A stretch of 25,059 nucleotides of DNA from a virus (Duplodnaviria > Caudoviricetes): positions 1 through 25,059 of IMG/VR virus record IMGVR_UViG_3300036943_000020. One strand, written 5' to 3'. Below, one piece after another: positions 17,990 through 25,059 of this stretch (the stretch's first letter is position 1; each line of letters starts with the position of its first letter). The position numbers were made by a program, and so were the translations under genes. Below the pieces are notes generated by a model. That model was given only the letters and a program-made list of their open reading frames with translations, was not told the DNA's origin and ran no database searches.

Positions 17990-18876
17990 ATTTCCCCCTC
18001 TATCTGTCGGATCCACAGCAACCGCCCCTGCTCCAAGAGCATGTCCTCGGCCGCCGGAGTTATTTTGTCGTTGGTTCTGCAATGGTTATACCAATGCGTC
18101 CCGTCCCAATAAGACCGATAGCAAAACAAGGCACGTTCCAATAGGTCTGCCTCAGATGTGGCATTTGCCATTACGTGGTAGGCGGCCATCGGACCACAGC
18201 CGCCCATGCGCTTGATGCCAGCAAAACGGTCCTTCATGGCGGCAGTTACCTTCGGTAAGCCTGGAATCCAGTCCGCTGAATCTCCCATGAGTAACTGGGC
18301 ATAAAAGAACTTCAAGCCGTATCCACGAACTTTATTCTTTGCATCAACCTCGAGAGCACCCAAAGGGTCATGGAACTCCATGATAAACCCGGAGTTCATG
18401 TCATGGTGCATACCGGGAATGATCCTTAGATCTTTATCCACGGTGCTAATGATCGAGTGCCACTTTTTGGAAGCATTGCACTTTGTCTGGGCAATACCCA
18501 ATAGGTCATCAGCCTCTTCCCCGACAGATACGGTGCTGTTGTAGTGCTTGGCAATGTATCCCTTACACGCATGTAGCCACTTCGGTTGGGCCTTAATCCG
18601 GCTGCCATCATCGGCATACCGGTTTCCTTTGTATCGCTGATATGTTGCTACTTCATCACGGAAGTTGTCACCGCCGGTCAGGTAACAGCGGATCTCATCG
18701 GTCTGTATCTGATCACAAATCGCCATGATCCTGTCTTGGACCTTACGGAAAGCAGCCTCGCGGGGCATGTCGTCGCATCCAGCGGATGCCCAATACCCCA
18801 CGACATCAGCATCAATCAAGCCTATACGATTAGGTACCCTGGGAGCCTGTCCCAACTCGGGTATTTCAAAGGCCAT
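17965..18876 (-). CDS. 5'-3' exonuclease (T7 gp6 / flap nuclease family)
   Basis: LIDAD, YKGNR, EEADDLL, DKDL, MGDSADWIPGL motifs. Start re-called at ATG 18876; 303 aa. Confidence 0.9.
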   Translation of the reverse strand: MAFEIPELGQAPRVPNRIGLIDADVVGYWASAGCDDMPREAAFRKVQDRIMAICDQIQTDEIRCYLTGGDNFRDEVATYQRYKGNRYADDGSRIKAQPKWLHACKGYIAKHYNSTVSVGEEADDLLGIAQTKCNASKKWHSIISTVDKDLRIIPGMHHDMNSGFIMEFHDPLGALEVDAKNKVRGYGLKFFYAQLLMGDSADWIPGLPKVTAAMKDRFAGIKRMGGCGPMAAYHVMANATSEADLLERALFCYRSYWDGTHWYNHCRTNDKITPAAEDMLLEQGRLLWIRQIEGEMWKIPTVR

Positions 18877-19111
18877 TGGTCCCCCTTTCCCATGGGTTGG
18901 TAAGGAACTCTTCGCAATACTGCTCGATAAGCTGATCAAAGCTACTCCACAACAGATTCTTATCGTCCAAAGTCATCCAGCATCCAGGAACCGGCTGATC
19001 GTTATAAATCTTTGCTCGGTCAGATTTTCTATAAACATAGACCACAAGTGTTTCGTCAGTCTCCATGATCGCGCCCCAAAACATCTTCGAAAATCGTCTT
19101 GCTTTTGTCAT
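18866..19111 (-). CDS. Hypothetical protein
   Basis: ATG 19111 (MTKARRF) behind AGGAG; 81 aa; fills the gap between two genes. Confidence 0.65.
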   Translation of the reverse strand: MTKARRFSKMFWGAIMETDETLVVYVYRKSDRAKIYNDQPVPGCWMTLDDKNLLWSSFDQLIEQYCEEFLTNPWERGTNGL

Positions 19112-19140
19112 TAGCGCTCTCCTTGAATTCATAGTCTAAA

Positions 19141-20010
19141 TTAAAAGGGAATGTCGTCATCTGCGGGGACTTCTCCGGGCATTGTCGGATCAGGTGGTAT
19201 GCTGTCGTCCTGTGCCGGATTGCCATCGGCCTCGCCATCTACCACCCTGTCAAGTTCCGGGTTGGCGGTAAGCAGTTGGTGGATCGGGCTGCCTTTAAAA
19301 TTCAATGCTTTCTTGATGGTGTCTTTGTCCCAGGGTTTCAGAGCCCGCCAGGCATCTTCGGTGGGTGCGTCCCAATCGAACACCGTACAGTACTCGCCCT
19401 TGACTGGCAGAATCTTGCTGCTGTAATCTGTGACCTCGCCGGTCATCGGATCCTCTACCTTTGGGCTGGTAATCCCTTCGGGTTTCATATTGGCATACAC
19501 CGGAATGGACCCGTCCTCCCTGGCCGCCCCCTTCTTGTTGGTAACGTTAATAATCAGGGGCACCTGCTCTTTGGCGAAGTCAGCAATGCTGGGGTAGGGC
19601 AGGCCTGTGGCTGCCTGGAGACCGGTCAGGAACTTCATGAACTTGGTGCGCATGGCTACGGACTTACTGATGGTCCCGGCAATCAGGGAATCCGGGACGG
19701 TGACGGCATCAAAGAAATCCCCGTTATCCATACGCCGAGTAGTGCTGATGGTCAGGGGATAGTCTCCGGTGTATTCGCAGGCCGTAAACTCAAAAGTCAG
19801 GGCCACATGCAGGACAGCGGGTTTCTGCTTGCCCTTCATCTTACCATTGTCATAGATTGCGGGCTTGCCTTTGAACATCGGCTGATGCTTGCCCAGCTCC
19901 ACGTAGGAGACGAGGCGGGCCGGGCGGTTACCGGCCTGGATATGTTTGGTTTCAGGATTGGCGCTCTTGCCTTTTTCTGGCAGCTCTTCGGTCTTTATGA
20001 CTATAGCCAT
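19141..20010 (-). CDS. Putative single-stranded DNA-binding protein
   Basis: 289 aa; ARLVSYVELGKH N-terminal motif, acidic tail ending DDDIPF; between polymerase and exonuclease as in SP6-like phages. Confidence 0.7.
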   Translation of the reverse strand: MAIVIKTEELPEKGKSANPETKHIQAGNRPARLVSYVELGKHQPMFKGKPAIYDNGKMKGKQKPAVLHVALTFEFTACEYTGDYPLTISTTRRMDNGDFFDAVTVPDSLIAGTISKSVAMRTKFMKFLTGLQAATGLPYPSIADFAKEQVPLIINVTNKKGAAREDGSIPVYANMKPEGITSPKVEDPMTGEVTDYSSKILPVKGEYCTVFDWDAPTEDAWRALKPWDKDTIKKALNFKGSPIHQLLTANPELDRVVDGEADGNPAQDDSIPPDPTMPGEVPADDDIPF

Positions 20011-20030
20011 GAGTAAATTCCTTTCTATTT

Positions 20031-20047
20031 GTAATCAATTGTTGACA
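20031..20047. repeat. Motif variant, copy 5 (immediately downstream of the putative promoter)
   Basis: GTAATCAATTGTTGACA; the 12-bp core CAATTGTTGACA is identical. Confidence 0.65.
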
Positions 20048-20068
20048 TTCTATAATAGGTTGAAATTA
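20048..20068 (-). promoter_or_regulatory. Putative phage RNA polymerase promoter, +1 G near 20050
   Basis: TAATTTCAACCTATTATAGAA, second copy of the motif, in the intergenic space upstream of the SSB-like gene. Confidence 0.72.
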
Positions 20069-20081
20069 ATGCACGATCATG

Positions 20082-20207
20082 TTATTGATATTGTTGCTGA
20101 CAACGACATGCGCTGCATTGAGATGTCGGCAGACGGCTTCGATCCGGGCATCCAGGACAGAATGATCTCTCGCCAATTACAGTTGTGCGGGTTTTAAATT
20201 CACTCAA
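20082..20207 (-). CDS. Possible 41-aa Cys-rich (zinc-ribbon-like) peptide
   Basis: TTG start overlapping the polymerase TGA (TTGA); LSEFKTRTTVIGERSFCPGCPDRSRLPTSQCSACRCQQQYQ; no strong RBS. Confidence 0.35.
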   Translation of the reverse strand: MSEFKTRTTVIGERSFCPGCPDRSRLPTSQCSACRCQQQYQ

Positions 20208-22471
20208 TGTAAAATATCCAAATCATACATATTTTTTCCAACCTCAAACTCAACAGGGAACGGGGTGTTCCAGCTTACGTTCGGGTAGTTTTCGTTGAAG
20301 AATGGGCATACGTCCTCCATGATCCCTTTGACGGTGTAGAGGTGGTGCTCCAGGCTTTTGTGATAATCAAGCCATAGACAGTCGTGTACTGTGTTGCAAA
20401 GGAGCATCATATCATCGAACCGATCGTTATCCAAGAGCCAACGGAATACTCGACCCAGGGATACCTGCATGATCTCACCGCCCAGGCCCTGCGACGGGTA
20501 GTTCTTGATAGTCGTTGGGCTGAAGCTGGTCAGGGTCCCTTTGTGTTGCATCCAGTCCGGCGCGTCCCCCTCCAGGAAGTGGAATATCGTATCCGTGGCT
20601 GAACGCAAGTAGCCGATCCCTGCCTGGTTACCCTCCGGGGTCTGAAGTACCGACAATCGTCGTGAGGCTTTGACCTTCTCTATGTTCTGTTCATCGTACT
20701 CATACATCCGGTGATATTTTTCCTTGCGGGCAGCAATGGCGGCCTCAATAGCCTCCGGGGCCATGCCGGTATCTGCTGACAGCTTCGGCACGCCAGCGCC
20801 ATATGCCTCCCCGAAGGTCAGCGGCTTGATCATCTTGCGCTTGGCGGCCCATACCGGATCATGTTCCACCTTGCACAATCTGAATACCTCAGCATAGGAC
20901 TTGCCCTCGGCAGCCGGGGAAAGCGCCAACCAGTCACAGTGGAAACATACCTTATCAAGCAAGGCCTGTAGCAGAACCTCGTCGCCGGACAACACGCCTT
21001 TGCATACGACCTCCAACTGGCTGTAATCACCTTCAGCCATTCGGCCGTCTTCACCGAACCGGCTGATGAACATCTTGCGGACCTGGGATTTCCCTGTACC
21101 GCTGAGATTTTGCAGATTTGGCCGGGAGCTGGACAATCGAGATGTAACGGTGATTGCATGGTCCAGGGTGTGATGGATCCGACCATCAGGATGCACAGTG
21201 GTCAGCATACCCGTCTCTTTGCCGCGGTAGACTCGGCGGTAGTATGTACCGATGTCCTTTTCCAGGCCCCGCTTTTCCAACAAGACGTCTACCAGCGGCA
21301 CGCCAAGGGTTTTAACCTCTTCCAGGACGGCGGCACTTGTACTGTACTGGATGAACTCCGGGCAGGTCTCCGACTTGCTTGAATCGGTTCGCCACTTCGG
21401 CTTACCTTCAATGAACCCAGAAAGATGGTGATAGAAGTCCCCCTTCTTGGTCTTGGGGCCACGCTCAATGTCCGGTATTGTTTCGGTCTTGGTCTTAATC
21501 TTACCTTTGTTCTTGCCGGATTTAAAGTAGACTGGGTTACCATTGTCATCGTGAATAGGAACCTTGATCTTTTTCTGATAATACTGCATGGTCCCGTCAT
21601 CATTGTATTTAATGGCGTCGTCTTTGTACTTAATCATGCCACCAAAGATCAGGGCGGACAGATGCGCACCGGAATTCCAGTTGAATTCGCAGGCATCTGG
21701 CAGCTCAGGAACATACTCCTGAAGGACAGCGGTCTTTTCTTCCAGCTCAGCAGTCAGCGCAGCAAGGCGACGTTCGGCCTCATCCAAGTCAATCATTAAA
21801 CCATTGAACTCCATCTCGGTAGTTGCAAGGAGGCCGTCCATTCGAAAGTGAATCATGTGAAGCTGGTTCTGGCGCACTGCTTGGGCGATCTGCAAATCAT
21901 AAATCTCAGCGGTAGACTGACAGTCACCATGCAAGTATTCCATCAAGACCTGTTCCTGAATATCCTCGGTCCTTGCCCCCTGTTCCCATAAAGCGGCGAC
22001 GACATCGAGTTTATGTGTAACTCTACGTCTTTTAGCAACGTTTTCAAGTGACGGGCGAAGGTGTGGGAGTTGCTGGATATGGTAGAACTGGCCTGACAGG
22101 AGATACTCAGCGTACAAGGTATCCCATACTCTACCGCCCCTTTTGAGAAAGCGCTCAAGTTCAGGATGACGCCAATACCATAAGAGGTCGAATTTGATAT
22201 TGTGGCCCACGAGAACCTCACGGCCCTCAAGGCTTGGAAAGGAATCCAGCCATTCCTGGCTGCCTCTTTGAACGCCTCGACGCACTCCGTCAGCCCCCTT
22301 GAAGACGAGATAATTGCCTATATACGAATCTCGAAAGTTAAAACCGGAAGAACACAGTCCGACCTCCCCATCTGAGAATGGGGAACCCTTGCGACCATAG
22401 TAAGTGGCATAGGTGGTCTCGACATCAAATACGCAGGATCGGTGTGGCATGTAGATGCTTTCATCAAGCAT
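20204..22471 (-). CDS. DNA polymerase, family A, with 3'-5' exonuclease domain
   Basis: 755 aa. Exonuclease motifs FDVET and GHNIKFD; TSRLSSSRPNLQN; motif A GDYSQLE; motif B RKMIKPLTFGEAYG; motif C TVHD. Confidence 0.96.
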   Translation of the reverse strand: MLDESIYMPHRSCVFDVETTYATYYGRKGSPFSDGEVGLCSSGFNFRDSYIGNYLVFKGADGVRRGVQRGSQEWLDSFPSLEGREVLVGHNIKFDLLWYWRHPELERFLKRGGRVWDTLYAEYLLSGQFYHIQQLPHLRPSLENVAKRRRVTHKLDVVAALWEQGARTEDIQEQVLMEYLHGDCQSTAEIYDLQIAQAVRQNQLHMIHFRMDGLLATTEMEFNGLMIDLDEAERRLAALTAELEEKTAVLQEYVPELPDACEFNWNSGAHLSALIFGGMIKYKDDAIKYNDDGTMQYYQKKIKVPIHDDNGNPVYFKSGKNKGKIKTKTETIPDIERGPKTKKGDFYHHLSGFIEGKPKWRTDSSKSETCPEFIQYSTSAAVLEEVKTLGVPLVDVLLEKRGLEKDIGTYYRRVYRGKETGMLTTVHPDGRIHHTLDHAITVTSRLSSSRPNLQNLSGTGKSQVRKMFISRFGEDGRMAEGDYSQLEVVCKGVLSGDEVLLQALLDKVCFHCDWLALSPAAEGKSYAEVFRLCKVEHDPVWAAKRKMIKPLTFGEAYGAGVPKLSADTGMAPEAIEAAIAARKEKYHRMYEYDEQNIEKVKASRRLSVLQTPEGNQAGIGYLRSATDTIFHFLEGDAPDWMQHKGTLTSFSPTTIKNYPSQGLGGEIMQVSLGRVFRWLLDNDRFDDMMLLCNTVHDCLWLDYHKSLEHHLYTVKGIMEDVCPFFNENYPNVSWNTPFPVEFEVGKNMYDLDILH

Positions 22472-22953
22472 TAGACCTCCTTATGATACCTAAATAAGCT
22501 TTTGACAAAGGGTTCTTTAGCCAAAGATCCATCATATGCCACGAACGTGTCGATGTCCTTAGGCACACTGAGGCGCTGTAGGCAGGTAGTCCTGGTCGTA
22601 CCCGAATAAAAGCTGTCGTCCACGAAGCAGACCTTACGCACCCACAGGTTGGGGTCCTTAAGCAAATGGTATTTGATCGGTTGCTGCACCCCACTACGCA
22701 TACCTCCGGGAAATAACAAATACCCATTGTAAGGCTTACTGGTCTGATTCAGCAACTGCACAAACTTTTCCCCGAATGTGCCTGTTAGGACAAAAGTGTA
22801 CCTGTGTGGATCTTTGATCAGATTGTAGACACGTTCCAGAATATTTGAATCATTGCAGATAATGTCATCCAAGGCGTCAAAGAACGGCTCGCCACCCTCG
22901 GGAAACCGATCTTCCAGAATGGCAACAATTGTTGACATGATGTCGTTGGACAT
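22471..22953 (-). CDS. Protein with a type I phosphoribosyltransferase-like motif
   Basis: Start re-called at ATG 22953 (TAATG overlap); 160 aa. KVCFVDDSFYSGTT fits the PRPP-binding loop hhhhDDhhxxGxT. Confidence 0.6.
   Translation of the reverse strand: MSNDIMSTIVAILEDRFPEGGEPFFDALDDIICNDSNILERVYNLIKDPHRYTFVLTGTFGEKFVQLLNQTSKPYNGYLLFPGGMRSGVQQPIKYHLLKDPNLWVRKVCFVDDSFYSGTTRTTCLQRLSVPKDIDTFVAYDGSLAKEPFVKSLFRYHKEV
22921..22937. repeat. 17-bp motif, copy 6 (5' end of the PRTase-like gene)
   Basis: GGCAACAATTGTTGACA, one mismatch to copy 2. Confidence 0.75.
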
Positions 22954-23168
22954 TAGCGCACCCCCACCGGATTCAGGATGCCTGCCAGCCGATGGATCTT
23001 GGACAGCGTGGCTTCGTATTTCTTGGCCATCCGATCCATGCGGACTGCGGCCAAAGAATTCTTGGATGCCTGTTTTTCCAGCTTGCGCAGGATCTTCCGA
23101 CACTTCTGAAGCTGAACGTCATACGGGTCACGGTTCTGACCATTGAGTGCATTTCTGTATTTATTCAT
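22953..23168 (-). CDS. Hypothetical small basic protein
   Basis: 71 aa, AAGGA RBS, TAATG-coupled to the next gene. Confidence 0.7.
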   Translation of the reverse strand: MNKYRNALNGQNRDPYDVQLQKCRKILRKLEKQASKNSLAAVRMDRMAKKYEATLSKIHRLAGILNPVGVR

Positions 23169-23195
23169 GGTTTTCCTTTCTTGGAATGCTATAGG

Positions 23196-24482
23196 TCATA
23201 CGTTGGGGTCCTCCTGGGAGGTGTCGGTCGGCAGCGTTTCGATAAACTGACACTTACCACCATTGAACCGGATCTCGACTGCGCAATCTGCCCGATAGCC
23301 TTTCTCCGGGGACTGCTTGGTTTTCGGCACGAACAGAAAGCGGCTGTCAAGCCATTGCTTGCCGCCTTTATATCCCATGGTAATGATTGAATCACAAGCC
23401 CCTTGGACCCCGGTCTTGCTGTCCTTCAGGGCACTGGCCGGTATCCAGGGAATTGCGTCCCCCTCTACCGACACCTGCTTGGTAGGTATAGACAGGAAGT
23501 CATAGATCACAGCAGATTCCCTGGACCATTGATACAGGCTTTCAAGTCGCAGATCGTCTCGCGCAGCATCTCCAAATCCTTTGACATTATCCAGCATATC
23601 AAAGAACACGACGGACGGGCGGTGGGCGTCAATGATTCGCTCCAAGTATCGGTAGTCTCGCCCATGCACATCAAAGATACGGATTCGATCAGGGCCTCCG
23701 CACACCTCACTAAATTGTTTCGCTGCATTTGCGGCTCCAAGATCGATGATGCCGTTGAAGTCAAGGTGCAGAGCCGCTCGGTATGTTGTGCCTTTAATGA
23801 CACGTCCTTTGCCCTCATTATTGAACCAGACAATAGGTCTATCATCCGGTATCTGACGAGCAAAGCAAACAGCCTGTGCGGCACAAAAGGACGTCTTTCC
23901 CTTGCCTGGTCGAGCTGCAAATATATGCTGCTGGCCTGTTCTAACATTCGGCAAAGAACCATTAAGGCAAGCGAGGGACCACCGAAACCGGTGACCCGAC
24001 ATCTCTTCCTCGATAATCGTATCAATCGAATCCTCGATATAGTCAACGCCGGCATCTCTTGAGATGTCCTTTTCAAAGTGCTGGAGGATATCCTTGACCG
24101 TTTGGTACAAGTCAATATCAGCACCTTCTTCAAAACGTTCATGGGCCTTTGCTACCCTTTCCGCGAACTCCATCGTCCGAAGCGTTCTGATAATACCATC
24201 GGCAGCCTCTTGATTCGGATCCATCATCATGGTGTTTACCATGTTCTGGTAGTACCGTTTTTGGTCGTCGTCCAAATCTTGGTTAGATAACTGGAACTCA
24301 GAAAAGAACACATCCGGCTGGATAATGTCATGCTTCTCGTAATTTTTCCAGTAGTTGTCCAGTGCATTAATAACCCGACGGATCTCATAATCAATCAAGT
24401 GGGTGTTGACCACCGATCTGAGCTTATCATAATGCTTGCGGGATTTCAGAAGCTGCAATATTGTCCTATGTGATTCGAACAT
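23196..24482 (-). CDS. Replicative DNA helicase (DnaB/SF4-like)
   Basis: 428 aa; Walker A ARPGKGKTS, WFNNEG, VVFFDMLD, SKTGVQGACD. Confidence 0.93.
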   Translation of the reverse strand: MFESHRTILQLLKSRKHYDKLRSVVNTHLIDYEIRRVINALDNYWKNYEKHDIIQPDVFFSEFQLSNQDLDDDQKRYYQNMVNTMMMDPNQEAADGIIRTLRTMEFAERVAKAHERFEEGADIDLYQTVKDILQHFEKDISRDAGVDYIEDSIDTIIEEEMSGHRFRWSLACLNGSLPNVRTGQQHIFAARPGKGKTSFCAAQAVCFARQIPDDRPIVWFNNEGKGRVIKGTTYRAALHLDFNGIIDLGAANAAKQFSEVCGGPDRIRIFDVHGRDYRYLERIIDAHRPSVVFFDMLDNVKGFGDAARDDLRLESLYQWSRESAVIYDFLSIPTKQVSVEGDAIPWIPASALKDSKTGVQGACDSIITMGYKGGKQWLDSRFLFVPKTKQSPEKGYRADCAVEIRFNGGKCQFIETLPTDTSQEDPNV

Positions 24483-25059
24483 AAGATTTCCCTGATTTCC
24501 CTTTCATTGTAACGTTTCGGATCCTTGGCAGAAACAATATGCAGGACAGGAATACCCAACCACTTGCAATTATCTTCCAGGAACCGCCGCGACTTTTGCC
24601 CGGCCGCGTCATCGTCGGTCCAGATAATCAATGGTGCAATGCCTACTGGCGGTAACCATCGCTTAGGTGTCCCGAGCAGGGCTCGAGTCTGGACGAACTT
24701 TCCAACGCGGCCGGCGGACAGAATGTCCTCGGTTACGACAAGTGCCCCCGGTTGCAGCGGCTGGGAATCCCAAACTGCACCGCCAGGGGCCTTGTCAACA
24801 TATTTGGGCTGTTGGTCCTTGAAGACCGCCCTGGCAGTGTAGCCCGTTGGCTGGAGCGGAATCACCACCCGATTCAATTTTTCTGACCACCCCACACCAT
24901 ACCGAGTGATCAAGTCGGCTGTCCAGCCACCTGATCCCAGCCACGAAAGTCCTGCGGTGCTTATTTTTTGGGAAAAGTCCGCCGGTAGGTCGAAACCCCC
25001 TCGGCTCTTTTCAAGCTGCACCGCTTCGTACTCGGCTTTCCGTGCCCGACGATCACGCC
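24446..25059 (-). CDS. DNA primase (TOPRIM domain); partial, start lies beyond the right edge
   Basis: VVTEDILSA, ALLGT, WTDDDAAG, KDPK motifs. The frame stays open to the window edge (RDRRARKAEYEAV...). Confidence 0.9.
   Translation of the reverse strand, partial: RDRRARKAEYEAVQLEKSRGGFDLPADFSQKISTAGLSWLGSGGWTADLITRYGVGWSEKLNRVVIPLQPTGYTARAVFKDQQPKYVDKAPGGAVWDSQPLQPGALVVTEDILSAGRVGKFVQTRALLGTPKRWLPPVGIAPLIIWTDDDAAGQKSRRFLEDNCKWLGIPVLHIVSAKDPKRYNEREIREILCSNHIGQYCSF

Noticed and set aside
20042-20056. TTGACA and TATAAT on the plus strand as a sigma70 promoter
   Set aside because: The spacer is only 3 nt. The hexamers are parts of the palindromic motif and of the minus-strand phage promoter.
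3457-22937. The 17-bp repeats as a CRISPR array or att sites
   Set aside because: Copies are kilobases apart, in both orientations, without regular spacers, and no integrase is present in the window.
22954-23103. Extended N-terminus of the 22471-23103 ORF
   Set aside because: It overlaps the upstream 71-aa gene; the TAATG coupling supports a start at 22953.

Overview
This window is an internal segment of a T7/SP6-like podophage genome (Autographiviridae-type gene order). All supportable genes lie on the minus strand. Reading right to left: primase (truncated at the edge), helicase, a small ORF, a PRTase-motif protein, family A DNA polymerase, an SSB-like protein, 5'-3' exonuclease, endonuclease VII, metallophosphoesterase, and a Cys-rich/DUF5664-like protein. 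The structural block follows: GNAT-like protein, small virion protein, portal, scaffold, major capsid, tail tubular proteins A and B, and three internal virion proteins (one with a C-terminal lysozyme, the last truncated at the edge). The main result is that BOTH the portal gene and the major capsid gene are interrupted by group I introns, each carrying an HNH homing endonuclease ORF. The predicted splice junctions restore full-length reading frames of 527 aa and 331 aa. Also seen: two copies of a phage-RNAP-type promoter, a 17-bp near-palindromic operator-like motif in six copies, a probable HNH remnant after the capsid gene, and a post-capsid terminator. All calls come from reading motifs and gene order by eye; no database search was run.
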